A stretch of 64,000 nt of DNA from Piromyces finnis finn. Taxonomy: Eukaryota; Fungi; Neocallimastigomycota. Of this stretch, positions 30,675-44,938 are shown in pieces; position 1 is the stretch's first letter, and every line of letters begins with the position of its first letter. The notes below the pieces were generated by a model. That model was not told where the DNA came from, searched no databases, and saw nothing but the letters and a program-made list of their open reading frames with translations. Location of the stretch: NCBI GenBank assembly GCA_002104945.1, contig MCFH01000054.1:321863-385862 (forward strand). Direction: 5' to 3'. The translations under genes and the position numbers were made by a program.

Positions 30675-33221
30675 TTAAAAGATTGTTTTTCCCATGATAT
30701 GTTGTGCTTCAATACAAGTAATATCAGAATTACCTTGTACAATTCTATATGATATAATAATAAATATATTAAATGAATCATTAGTAAATTATCAAAAATA
30801 TTAGAATATTTTGTATTATTAATTAAAAAAGATGTTATTCTTACGGTGCATTAGTTTTGCCTAATAAAAGTTTAGGTAGAAAAATAATATAAATTTAATA
30901 ATATAATTAAAAACAAAAATTAATTAAAGTCAATATATTATTATTTACCGTTTACAACCAATAAAGGATTGACTTGCTCAAGAATTTCAGCATTGACAGA
31001 TATACCATCAAGGTATTGTTTAAGAATAGCTTTTAATCTTGCATTTTCTTCATTTAAATAATTTTTTTTATTTTTCATTAATATTGTATCAAGCAATACT
31101 TTGTTATATTTTTTATAAAACAATTCCATATATGAAAAATCCGTTTCTTCTTCATAAACAACATCTGAACTTTTTTTTACATTATCCTGTATTTTATGAA
31201 TTAAAAAGTTATTTTTAAAAATTTTTAAATTTAATATATAGAGTTAATTATTATATAAAGGTATATTTTCTTTACTAAGAATATAATATTTCTTCAAAGT
31301 AAAGATTTGTATTTAATAAATTGAACTTGTATAATATATTACATTATTGCTATCTTCTTCTTCAATATCATATAAATCATTTGTTTTTTCATCTCCAATT
31401 AAAACAGATTTAGTCTCATTTTTTAATTTATTTTTATATTCTTCCATTTCTGTTTCGATAGAAGGATCAATTTCAAAATTATTGATTTGAAATGGATTTA
31501 TTTTTTCTTCTTCCATTTCTAGTTTTCTATTCATTTCTGCTAACCGTAATATTTTTTCTGCCATATTTACTTTTTTTTTTAAATTTTTAATGGTCTTATT
31601 ACTCATTGTGGTTAATGTAATTAATCTTTCTTTTTCATTTTCTCTATATTTATTAAGTTTTCTTTTTAATTCTTGGAAATGCGATTGAATTAGCTCTTTA
31701 TCCTTTTTTAGAAATTGATTTTTTTGATTATACTCTTTGTGATTATTTGAATATTTAGTCTTTAATTTTAAAATCATATCCTTTTAAAATTTTTATAAAA
31801 TAATATTTTTTTTAAAAAATATATTCAATACATTTTTAATATATTTAATATTTTTAATATATACTTGTAATTTTGTTAATTTCTTCATTTGTACTTCAAT
31901 TTCTTTTGAATGATCTCTATCTTTTGTTTTTAAATCCTCAAAATCTTTTTTCCAAATTTCTGTGTTTGCGTTATATTGATCTAACACCTTTAATTAAAAT
32001 AATAATCATTATTTTTATAGATTATTATTAATAATATTGTTTTTTTTTGAACTAATTATTATTAATACTTTATAGTATATAACATACATCATGAAATTTT
32101 TTCCACAAATCCTCAATAACACTTTCTAATTGAATTCTTAATGTATGTTTTTCTTCAAGATTCTTTTTTTTATATTACAAAATATATTAAAATTATGTTA
32201 TTAATTAATATTATGACTTTATTACTACTCTCTATATAACGTTTTTTTAATTATTACTTTATTACGAATATCATCTCTAATACTTTGATGCTCATGTTTT
32301 GAATCAGCTTCTTCTTCTAAATATTCCTGTTCCATTCTATTTATAATTCCAAGAATATTTGACTTTTCTTTAATATGTTGTGACTGTAGTTTTGATCTAT
32401 TATAATTTGATTAAATATTAGATAAGTTTAATGCAATTGTTATTTTCATTATTTTCAGATAACAAAACAAATTTATCATATATTTATATATTTTTAATTT
32501 TCTTTTTTTTTATAGAAAATTACTTTTCTGTATTAAATTCATTTTCAAGCATACTTAAATCCACAGAAAATTGAAGTTCCAAATTATTTAACCTTTTTAC
32601 TTGTAAATCAATTAAATTATCTACATTAATTAAATGGGATTGTAATGCCGTTGAAAATTGCTTATTTGCTTCTACAATTTCTTGTTCTAAGTTTTTGATT
32701 GCATTATTTTTTCTATCAAATTCTCTTTGATGAACTTGTTCTAATATTTCAGCTTGGTTTTTTAATTCCTGTGATTTTGCTTTATTATTTTTTTTTAAAA
32801 AAAATAAATATCAATATTTATGAATACCCATTAAAAATTATTTATATTATTTAACATTATTTTTCAAATTATTATTATTACTATTAAAATAATTATATTA
32901 TTATAACCTATTTTCATAATTTCTCTCCATCTATTATTGATCTTTAACATATTTAATTTACTATTTTTTTCTTCAAACTCAACTTTTTCCTATAAATAAT
33001 ATCATTTTTATTGAATATATATATTAAGTAATTGTATTGTATTATTGGTTTTAATAATTGTGTATATAAAATGTTGTATTTTTTTTATTATAAACCTTTA
33101 GCTTTGCTGCAGCAAGCTCTATCATTCTTCTACGACTTTCTTCATCTTTTAATAATTGGTATTCTGATTTTACACCTTTATTTCCTCTTTTCTTATCTCC
33201 CTTTTTTTTACCCTTAGCCAT
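30675..33221 (-). CDS. CCDC65: Dynein regulatory complex subunit 2 (DRC2/CCDC65)
   Basis: Spliced segments LEEKHTLRIQLESVIEDLWKKFH, DLKTKDRDHSKEIEVQMKKLTKLQ, AEKILRLAEMNRKLEMEEEKINPF and LKAILKQYLDGISVNAEILEQVNPLLVVN match the characteristic CCDC65 sequence as I recall it. Start MAKGKKKGDKKR at 33221; stop after ...HIMGKTIF at 30675. Confidence 0.92.
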
Positions 33222-33631
33222 ATTCTTTTAATAATAATATTCAATTTTTATTGTATAATTTTTCTAGAATATATATTTTTAAAGATTTTAAAAGTAATTC
33301 TACTATTATTATTGAATAATATTACTAATAATTAAAGTTAATATGTATTTAATATTTTTTTAATTATATTTATTATAATATTCATAAAAATAATCTATAT
33401 TAAAGTATAATAATAAGAAGAAATAGGTAAGAATATTGTAATAAAATGATAAATGTAGTAAAAAAAATTATAAGAATAACTTTTTATGCGGAGTTAATGA
33501 ATCATTTTTCATATATTATCAGTTAAACACTAAAGTTAAATATATAAATTTTATTGTTTAAAAAAGGGTAAAAATTAAAGTTAAAATTTCCGAGAACAAA
33601 AGGTAAAAAATTAGAGTTATTTTCTTAATAA

Positions 33632-33643
33632 CCAATAACCAAT
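33632..33643 (+). promoter_or_regulatory. Tandem CCAAT pentamers in the 654-bp divergent intergenic region between DRC2 and the coiled-coil gene
   Basis: ccaataaccaat is seen directly. Function is inferred only from its position in a divergent promoter. Confidence 0.25.
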
Positions 33644-33875
33644 ATATAATTAAGATAGGATAAAACAAAAATAATAAAGTTTTGATTATTTAATTTTTAT
33701 TTCTATTATATTTATAACAATGAAGATTTAAATGAACTAAGCAAAAGTTCAATTTTATTTTATAAATATATATTAAAACTGATAATATATATTTTATATA
33801 TTTAAAAAATATAAAATTATTAATATTACTTTTTTTTATTTATTTTTGTTTTTTACATGAAATAGTACTGTTACA

Positions 33876-36835
33876 ATGAATAAACTAGAACAAAATAATT
33901 ATATGGCAAATCTTCAAAGTACAATTGACTTGATAGAAAAAAGTCAAGCATTAAGATTATCATATGAAGCATTATGTAAAAATAATAAAAATGAAAAAGA
34001 AAACATCAATACAAGTAGTCTAAAAAAACAAAATAGTCAAGAAACTCTATTAAATGAATCATTAAAGAATTTAGATGAATCATCAGAATTAATAAATAAG
34101 ATAAATATGAATGATAATGATAATATAAATAAAGGTATATCTCTACTGAGTAATTCAAACATTAATCAAGAAAAACAAATAAATGAATTGAAAAGTTTAA
34201 TAGAAAAACAAAAAAAAGATAATGCTTCAATAAATGAACAAAATAATTTCTTAATGATGGAAAATGAAAGATTATTGAATGGGGAGAGACCATTAAGAAA
34301 ACAAATTAAAAATCTAGCCAATTATTTAAGAGATATAAGATCAATTAGAGAAGTAAATGATACCAGATATGAACTAGTTCAAAAAAGGTTTTTTGAAAAT
34401 ATCGAAGAACTACTTTCAACTGTAGACGGTTCAATTTATGCATTTAAAGGAAGTTTTACGGGACAGAATTTCCCAGGTTTACCATTAATAAAAAAAAAAC
34501 AAATTGAAAATATAATTGATTTATTAGTAGGCTGTTTTGCTCATATCCGTTCAGCAGCAGAGAACTATCCCGAGGATGATATATTAGTATTTATAAGTTT
34601 ATGTGTTAATATTTGTCATAGTCTTTCTCTATGTAGTTGTCATATTAATAATCTGATGAAAGATATTAATGAAGGAAATGATATTATTAATTCATTAGAA
34701 GAAGAAAATATTGCTATGAAAAGTCAGCTTCAATCAATGGTAAAAATGAATGAAGATCTTCTTAATAAATATAATAATCTGGAGGAGAAAAACAAATCTT
34801 TAGAAGAAAATAAAAATTATATAGAAGAAAAGTATAAAAATTATATGGAATTGTATAATGAAGAAAAAAATAAAAATGATATGAAAAAAGATTTAATTGA
34901 GACAAAAGAAAAAAAAGTTGATAAAGAGATTCAGACTTGTTCAAGCGATAAAAATAATAATATAGATATAAATATGTATAATGAATTAAATAAAGATTAT
35001 AAAGCTTTAAATTCAAAATATCAAAATTCAAAAAAAATTATTGATAAAATACAAAAAGAATTTAGAAAGAGTACAAAATTAAATATTTTACTAAATAAAA
35101 AGCTAAAAAATTATAATGAAGAATGCATGAAATTGAAGAATTCAAATCAAAATGAAATAAAAAAAAATATCGAATATAAATTAAAGATAAAAGAGTTAAA
35201 TTGCAAAAATATAGAAATTACAAAATTACTGAATCAAAGTAATGATTCATTAAAATTAAAAGAAAAAGAAGAAAAAGAAAATGTAATTCAAAAAGAAAAC
35301 TTGCGTAACGAATCTAAAAATTTAAAAGAAGTATTGAAAACAGAAATTAAAAAAAACATGAAACAAGTAGATTCCTTGAAGAAAAAATTATTAACGTATG
35401 ACTCTGAAGTTAATAATTGTAGAGATATTATAAATAAACAAAGCAAAGATCTTTTGAATTTAAAAGCATTACTTATTTCTAAAGATAAAACAATTATTGA
35501 AACTCAACAAAAATTGTATGATAATTCAAAATATATATCCGAAAATATTCAAAGCTATAACGATAAAATTTCAAATTTAACTAAGGAAAATTGTGAATTA
35601 AAAGAAAAAGCAGATAAAATTAAGGAGCATAAAGATTTTTTAGAAAAAACAATGATACATTGGAAAAAAGAAAATGAAAGTTTAAGGAAAAAAATTTCAA
35701 AATTATCTATAAATGCAATTTATTCAAAAGATTTCCAGCGTAGTATGGATGAATTTGAAAAGAAGTTAAAGGAACTATCTTTTGAAAATGAGAAAAAAGA
35801 AACTGAACATATTGAATTGATAGATAAAATTAATATGTTGGAAAGTAGTAATAAAAGTCTAAAAGACATAATAGATAAATATAATGAAAACGAAAAACAA
35901 GTTCAAAAAAAGAAAAGTGAAATAATCAATTTAATCAATATATATAAATCAATAAAATCGAACTATAAAGATAGTGATAAATCTGAAAAAGATTCTATTT
36001 CTTCAGGTTCAACTATTGATGTAAATGATATAGGCTTAGTTAATGATAAAATTGATGGTACTTATTTTTTAATATATTTAAAAATTAATTATTGCTATAT
36101 CTAATTATATATATATATATATTATATTTATTATTAAAACTAGATGTAAATGACATTTTAAAAAATATTATTGAAGAGTATCATAGTTTAAGAAGCCAAA
36201 TTTCAGAATGTCAGGATATAAATAAATCAATGGAAAAGAATTTTTCCGGAATGATTGACGAAAAACAAAGAAATATAAAAGAACAAATACAAAAAACAAA
36301 AGAATTGCAAGGAAAAATAGACAAATTAACTAAAGAAAATAATGAGTTAAATACTATATTAAATATATACAATGATCAATATATAGAAGTATGTAGAACA
36401 TTTTTATTATTTTCATTTAGTAGTGATTTTAAGGAAAAATTATTTTTAAAACCTGGTTTAAAGAATCATCCTTATCCGTTTAATAAAGATATCCATCAAC
36501 TTTGTGTTAATTATCAAAACGAATTAGATAATAAGGGAAAAATCGAAAAAGAGCTTAAAAATATTAAAATTGAGATGAATGACAAAGATATCTTATTAAA
36601 TGAAAAATTAGAAAAATTAAATATTCTAAATGAGAAATATACAAAATGTCAAGAAGAATATACAACAATAAATGATAAATACAAATCCTTGGAAACAAAA
36701 TCTTTCTATGATAATAATGAATTAAAAAGACAACTTGATGAATTATCAAATAAAAATGAAAAATTGGAATCAACATTGGATGTTATAAAAAAAGGTTATG
36801 AACAAATGATAATTAAAGCAATAGATGAAGAATAA
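33876..36835 (+). CDS. Long coiled-coil protein of unknown function (~957 aa, 2 exons)
   Basis: The 742-aa and 247-aa ORFs join in frame through intron 36058-36143 (GTACTT...AACTAG, phase 1). K/E/N-rich heptads throughout, with a non-coiled helical block near aa 160-260. Confidence 0.8.
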
Positions 36836-37315
36836 TTAAATTTATATAAAATAAAAAGAAAACCAAGAAAAAAAAATAATTGTAAATTTTTATGTATTAT
36901 TATTGATAAAACAATATACCCATACTACATCGAAAATTTAAAAATAATAATGTTTTATAAAAATAAAAATTATCTATTAAATATCAAAAGCAATTTCTTA
37001 ATTTAACATAATTTAATAGTAATTACTTATTTATTTATAAATTAATTTATATAAATTATTATATATAGAATATATTTTTTTATTTAATATATTTTATTAT
37101 AAAAAATATTATATTTTTCTTTAAATGATAGAATTAAACAAAATGTTTTCCTTACATTTATTAATAATAATTTATAAATTTTTTTTTATTAATAATAATT
37201 TATAAATTTTTATAGAAATAATTTCATTATTATATAATTATTAAGTTATGAATTATTATGAGATTATTTTAGTTTGGTATTTTAAGAAAAAGGTTATGGT
37301 TTATATAATAGCTTA

Positions 37316-38430
37316 TTAAAATTCTAATATAGGAGCACCAATATCTTCAATTCTAGCAATAGTACATTTAAGATTGAATACCTTACTTAATACAATTTTG
37401 AATAATTTTTGAACATTAATTGAATGAGAAGTTGAACAGAATACTAATGATGCTTTCATTGCTTTTGCATATTTTCTTGCCTATTTTTGATTTATGACCA
37501 TTATATTAAAGATATTTATTAATTGCAATTATTTAAATAAAAGTAATAATTATAGTTATTCAAAAATATATTTTATTAATACTTGATTTGTTATTTCTTC
37601 TTGTTCCTCTGGAGAAAGTATAGCAAATTGATCGTATTTTGTTCCAATTAAAAATGGAATGGCGGTCTTTTTTTTTATTTAATTTAAATATTTTATTAAT
37701 GGTCGAACAAAATAATATAATTCGAAGATTTATAATTTTTTTTAATTTAAAATTATTATTACTTTATTAAATCCTCTCGCTTGTCTATACCATTCCTTAA
37801 TACTATTTAATGTAGATTTTCTTGATAAATCAAACATAAATAACAATGCAACTGCATCATTACAAACTAATGGTAACATATTAACAAATTCTCTTTGACC
37901 TTTAAATATTTAAAATTGAAATAATTTTCTTCATTTAATATTTTTTGTTCTTTTTAAAATGATTTGATATATATTGATATTTTATCATAATATTAACCTC
38001 CAAGATCCCAGATACTAAAAGTGATACCAGTATTTCTAATCATAATTGTTTTTTCCATAAAGTTTACACCTTTTTTTTATTAAATTGATTAATAATTTTA
38101 ATTAATTTATATACTATATTCTATATTCTCTTTTAATTTATTACCGAGAGTTTGAATATAATCTTCATCAAATGAACCTTCAACATATTTAACCATTAAA
38201 CTTGTTTTTCCAATTTGACTATCTCCAACCATACCAACTTTGACAACAACACTTTTTTTTTAATCGTTTTCAATATTAAGAAATATTTAGTTAAAATATT
38301 TAATAGTTATATGATAAAATTTTCGAAAGATTAAAAATATTTTTTTTTACCTATTGTTATTGCCACTTGTTCCTTCCTTATTTTCATTTTCTTGAATTGG
38401 GTCTGATTGTTGAGGTATATTGTCAGCCAT
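37316..38430 (-). CDS. spg1: Septum-promoting / mitotic-exit small GTPase Spg1/Tem1
   Basis: [100 protein letters not shown] and [21 protein letters not shown] are diagnostic Spg1/Tem1 motifs. No C-terminal prenylation Cys. Confidence 0.95.
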
Positions 38431-39217
38431 TTTTATATTATATTAGTATTTTATAATAAAAGTATTTAAAATATATCTATAATATATAATTTCTTATTAA
38501 AAATATGAAATATATCTTAAATATTACTTTTTTTTTTTAAAAAAATTTTTATTTCTTTAATTTTTTAAAATTATATATTTACTATAAAATTTAAATACCA
38601 TTATAAAAACATTATTAAATAAAATTATAGCATTTTGTGTGTATTTAAAGAATTTAAATATAATTTTAAAACTAAAATTTAAATAATTAAAAATATTAAA
38701 GTTTAGAAATACACTAATTGTAAATAGCCAATTTATTATGATTATTCATTAATTACTTCATAAAGTTTACAACTATATTCAATATTATTTTTAATATATA
38801 ATAATAGTTAAATATAGAATATTGTAGTATCCTGTAAAAATTTGAGAAAAAGTATTATTGATATTGATATTGTGTTATATGATTAATAATAAGAAAAAAT
38901 AATTAAAAACTTATAAAATTTTTTAATGTAATTAATAAATAAATTATGCATCTTAATTTTTTTTTAATAATTAATATTAAATAAATAATAATAATAAAGT
39001 ATAATTATAATAATTATATACTTTTTTTTTAAAGATGAAAAATAAAGATTAAAAAGAAAAAGAGAATTATATTTTATATAAATTATTTTTTATAATATGT
39101 GTAATATGTAATATTTCATTAACCTGATATACATAATTATTATAATATATTGAATTGAAAAATATTTATTACTATCCTATTCTTTATTATTCATATAAAT
39201 AATAAAGGTTTACCATA

Positions 39218-42200
39218 ATGGTCTTTAATGAAATATCATATTTAATTAATGATTTTCCATACCCACCTTCATATCTTCCAAGACCATTAATACATGAAAA
39301 ATGTTTAGATAATCCTATACATGATCCAAATTTGTTTGATAAAACAGTATCAGAATATTTCTCATCTGTAATGGAAAATGAAAAGAACGATAATGATATG
39401 ATAAGAATGGAAATTAATGTTAACCCAGTTAGTAGAGGTAAAGTACAAGAAAAGTCTAGTTTAAGAAAAGAATTAAGTTTTAATGAATCAGTAGATTCAT
39501 TCAACAAATCAAATGTTAATATTCATGCTGAAAGTTGTGGTTCTATAGTTAGTCATATTGAAAAATCACAATCAGTAGTTGTATTTCCACTTGAAAAAAT
39601 TAAATTATTTCATAGTACAAACGAAATTCAACTATATATGAAAGATAAGCAAAATAATGTATACTCAATGAATAAACGTCTTTCTATATCTAATCCTACA
39701 ATACATGATAAAGGCATTTTGAGAAACTCTTTACAAAAAATAAAATTTAATAAGAGTAAGAGTATGAATAATATAAAGAATAGTAATGGTAATAACTTTA
39801 GTAAGGAACCATTTAAACATGAACGTTCATTATTAAAAGAATTAAGTACAGATTTTAAAAAATTCTTCGGATATCATAAAGATGAATCAATAAGCTTTTT
39901 ATCAAGTAAAAATAGTTCATATATTGATGATAATATTGAAATAATTAAAATTGAAAATAATAATAATGTAAACATTCTTAACGACGATAAAGAACATCAA
40001 AATAATATTAATGATAGTTTAAATAAAAATATGAAACATGAAAAAAGTGTAAATCATGAGGTATCAAAAGTATTGGATAACAATGGAAATTATAATTATA
40101 ATAATGATAATAGTAAAAAGAATAGTAATAACAATATCAATGAATCAACGTCATATGAAAAAAGTGAAAAGAATGAAATAAATAAATTAAATAATGAAAA
40201 ACAAAAAATCAATCAAGAAACAAAATATAATATGTATGATGGAAATAATTCTAATAGCCAAAATGAATCTGATAACAATTATAGTAATTCATCATTATCA
40301 GAAATTGAAGAGTGTCAGACGTCAAATAAGATTGAAGCCACACGAAATTCAATACTAAAGAATAAAAGCAAATCCATTACACTTTTGGCACCAATTGCGT
40401 CTATTTCTTTAGAAGGAAAAAAGAATAAAATAGGAACTGATGATGATAATTCAACAGAAAAGCGTAATAATCAAAGAAAAAATAATCAAACTAATGAATA
40501 TAGTAAAGAATATATAAGGCAAATATCATGTCAACGTATTGATCGTTATAGATTAAATGGAGGATTAGTTCGAGATCGTATTCAAAGATATAAAAGTAAT
40601 GAAGCGTTAATGAATAAGCCAATTAAGTTATCCTCTAATACAAGCAGTATTACTAATGATGAATCAAATAAATCGTTAAATAGCGTTACAAATAGTAAAG
40701 ACGATGTAACAAATAAAAAATTAAAATTAAATTATTCTAGTTCGGATAATCCATTATTTGAAATATTTAAAAGTAATGATGATATTATAAGGGAAAGGAT
40801 TACGGTATTGAATATGTCAACACACATAAATTCTTCACCAAATAGTTTTTCACAGTTACAAGATGAAAGAATTAATCGAGAAAATGATTTATTAGAAAAT
40901 TTAGAGCTTTTACATCAAGGTATTTTGGGGACTATACCAGATAATAAAAAGGAAAAATTAAAAGAATTTCTATTATGTTTAACAGATGAAAATATTGATA
41001 ATTATCAAAAGCAAATACATGAAGAATGTAATTATAATTATATTTATATAATGATTTTATATACTCATATAATCATATATAATTCTAGAAAAATAATTCA
41101 ATATTTCACAATTAATATTATATAAAATAATCAATAGTATTTTAATTTTATTTTTAATTATAAATTTTGAAATATAAATAAAAATAGATGATAAACGACA
41201 AAAATTAAATAATATAGAAAATAAACCTATTATGGTACACATATAGACTATATATATACAATATAATTATATTACATCTTAGATACTAATAAAATATTAC
41301 CATTTAATTGAAATATGCTTTAATTATAGCTAAATAAATATTATATAAATTTCGGAAATTCAAAAAAAAAAATACCAATTGAAGAGGAAGTTTGTGATAC
41401 TTTAACAATCGAGTCAAAAGGTAAAAATAAAGCAATAAATATATAATGCAATCAAATATAACATTTATATTTACTATTATATATTTAATTATTTAGGTTT
41501 TCATGCAAAATATTTATTCTATTATGAAAATAAGGATAGTAATTTTACATTAAAAATTTCACCAATGTCGGGTTTATTAACAAAAACTGAAACCCAAAAT
41601 ATATCATTTTCATTGACATGTAAAACAACCATGAATAAAAAAATAATAATTCCATTACGTATAGAAGGTATATTATATAATTTAAATAATTATTCTGCTT
41701 TTTATTTTTAAAAAAAAATAAAAATAATTCTTTTTGAGAGAATTTTTAGTTATAATTATTAATATTATTAAATATTTTTATTTTTATTAGATAAATATCA
41801 TTTCATAATCATGAAAATAAGAAGTCAGAATTCATGTTTTGGTGTAAATATTAAGAATTGTGATATGGAATCTGATACAATATTTTCATCTCACCAATAT
41901 AATATTCCTAAAATTTTAAAAGTATATATAAAATAATTCTTTTATTATATTATTATTAATATATTACGAATAATGTGATTTAACAAAATTCAAATAATAT
42001 TTTTTTTTAAAAAAAAAACTAGATGTATAGAAAAATATTAATATCAAATAATGCTTATCAAAAAGGAAAAGTAATATTTGAAGGTCAACCAGATGAAAAT
42101 GAAGTTATAGAAATAAAAAAACAAATAATAAATAATGAATCAATTATTACAATAGATATACATTGTATAGCCTATCTTTTTAAAAATTGGTTTTATGAGG

Positions 42201-42812
42201 TATATTTATAAATTATTAATTAGTTATTATTATAATAACTCTTTGTTAAACATAAAAAACTTCTTTTTTTTTTTGAAATTCTAATTAGTTACCTAGAAAG
42301 CTATTATATCAAATAAACCAACAAATGCTATTAGAGAATAAAAATTTTGATGAATATAGTGATAAAATTACTGGTTTAGAAAGAGTGTAATTTTTATATT
42401 TATAATTAGTTTTTAAAAAATATATATCAATTAATTATAATTATAATAATATTATATAATATCTTTCATTTAAATAGTGTATTTTCATGGTTGATTGATT
42501 GTTTTGTGGAAATACAAAAATACCTTCCTAATAAAGATGATATTAAAAGCATAAGTAAATAACCAAATAAAAATTTTTATATAATTTATTAAATAATTAT
42601 TTAAAAGTAGTGAAAAGAAATAATGCTTAAAATTTAAAATTTATTGATTGATTTATAATTTTTTTAATAAATTAAAAGTAAAAGCTTTTGTACCAGGTCT
42701 ATATAATATACCTTGTGAAGAAAATAAGGAAAATAATAAAACATATATTAATAATCTTGAATTATTTATTAATTATTTTGTGGATAAAAGAAGAGAAGAA
42801 TTACACCTTTAA
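39218..42812 (+). CDS. Protein with a long disordered N-terminus, an ASH/MSP-like beta-sandwich and a C-terminal RhoGAP-like domain lacking the arginine finger
   Basis: After the 39218 ORF (donor ~41029), spliced exons give INFGNSKKKIPIEEEVCDTLTIESKG..FTLKISPMSGLLTKTETQNISFSLTCKTTMNKKIIIPLRIE, then SCFGVNI..NIPKILK..KVIFEGQPDENEVIEIKKQI..DIHCIAYLFKNWFYELPRKLL..VFSWLIDCFVEI..IIKAFVPGL. Stop at 42812. Confidence 0.72.
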
Positions 42813-43597
42813 ATTTTATACAATAAATAATATAAAAAAAAAATAATTTCAAAAAAAAAAAAAAAAAAAAAAAAAAACAGTAGCAATAAGTTACTCTAAC
42901 ATTTATATATACCATACCATATACCATTTTTTGCTTTTTTTTTTTTTATTACCTATAAGGATTAATATAATAATAGATAGACATAATATTTAAATATATT
43001 ATTATGATAGATAAAAAAAATAACAACTTTTTTATGCTTATAAAAGAAACTATTAAAAAAAAAAAAAAAATAAATAAAGTCAATAATAAATAGATAATTA
43101 ACTATATTTAGTTACTATATTTAATTAGTAAAATAATAATAATAAATATATAATAATAATAATGTATTATCATATGTTAATATTATTAATAAAAAAAAAA
43201 AAAAAAAAAAAATAGAATATAGATGTAGACTTTTATAACAATACTATCTACTTTAATATATTTAATTCAAATTAATCTTAACAATGTCAATGTTCTTAAA
43301 AATTATTTAAAAAGTTTGAATATATATATATATATATTTATATATAATTATTTATTAATTATTTATATATAAGTATTTAATGCGGTTGTACAAATGATTC
43401 TATTTGATTTTAAATATAAAAGATAAAAACAAGGAATAAAATGGAATAAAAAAAAAATAACTAAATTTATGACTAGAAAGTTATTAATAATTTAGATAAA
43501 ATATATATATATAAAACAACCAATTTTTTTTAATAAATATATTTATTTATTTTTAAAATAGTTGTTTTTTTAATTAACACTTATTTACTAAAGTAAT

Positions 43598-44255
43598 TTA
43601 TGCAACTTTTCTTTTCTTTAAAGCTGGTTCACTAGAAGTTTTTTGTGCTTCTTCTTCTTCCTTAATAACTTCAATCTTATTTCTAATTTCATCATCAATT
43701 TCATTCAATTCTTCATCATTCATCTTATTAGCGTTTTGTGATTCAACAGAAATTCCTGGAACGAATGGTTTGACTAATTTCATTGATAACTTTGAGGAAA
43801 TACCACCAACACCAGTTTCTTCAATTGATATTTGAACAGTAATTCTATCAAAAATCTTAAAAGTACAATATTCTGATACTAATTTGTTTTCTTTAGCATC
43901 ATATGTAAATATTTGTTTTGAAACATTCTTTGTATTTGGTTCTGAATAAATAATACTTTCTATACCATATCTATTTAAAATTAAAATAAGTAATGATTAA
44001 TTTTTTTTCTTTATTTACTATATAAATATAAATTCAATTTTTGTAAAAAAAAAAAAAAATTACCTTGGAATTAAAGCAATAAAACCATTCTTAAGAATTC
44101 TAATAATGAAACCTTCTTCTTCAACAACTCTATCTTTAAAGTATAAATTGGTAAACAATTCAACAGAACTTCTTGAAGCTTGTTGAGCCATTCTATGTCT
44201 AAAGTTTAATACTATATGAAAAATTATAAAATTAAAAATGTATTTAATTATACCA

Positions 44256-44298
<43 letters not shown>

Positions 44299-44886
44299 TT
44301 TAAAATTAATAGTGATACTTACCATCACAAATCTTTTGAATCTTTATTTTATCAATAATATCAGTTGAATAACCTTCTCCATAATTAATTGCGGCAGCTA
44401 ATAATCTATGAACAATTACATCAGAATAACGACGAATTGGTGAGGTGAAGTGAGTATAGATTTCAGTAGCTAAACCATAATGCCAGAAGTCTTTTTCGGA
44501 AACAGTACCTGAACTAAAGTAAACAGCTTGCATCATACATCTAGTGGTCATAATTCTAATAAGTTTATTAAAGTATGGTTGACCAGGTACCTAAAAATAT
44601 GGAAAATAATATATATTTTTATTTTAATTTTATTTTTTTTTTATTTATTTTAATAAATCTATATTATAAAATAAATTACAATAGCCTTATCAAGAGAGTC
44701 AGCCAATTCTTTGGATGAAGAGCAATTTAGTTTAACACCAACACTTTCAGCAGCAGCTATTAATACATCGAAATTGTTTTGTGGTGGAGTAGGGTGACGT
44801 CTATTATTAAGTATATTATAATATATTTTAATAAATATTATTATTACATTATTATTATTATCATTATTATTACATTATTATTATTA

Positions 44887-44938
<52 letters not shown>

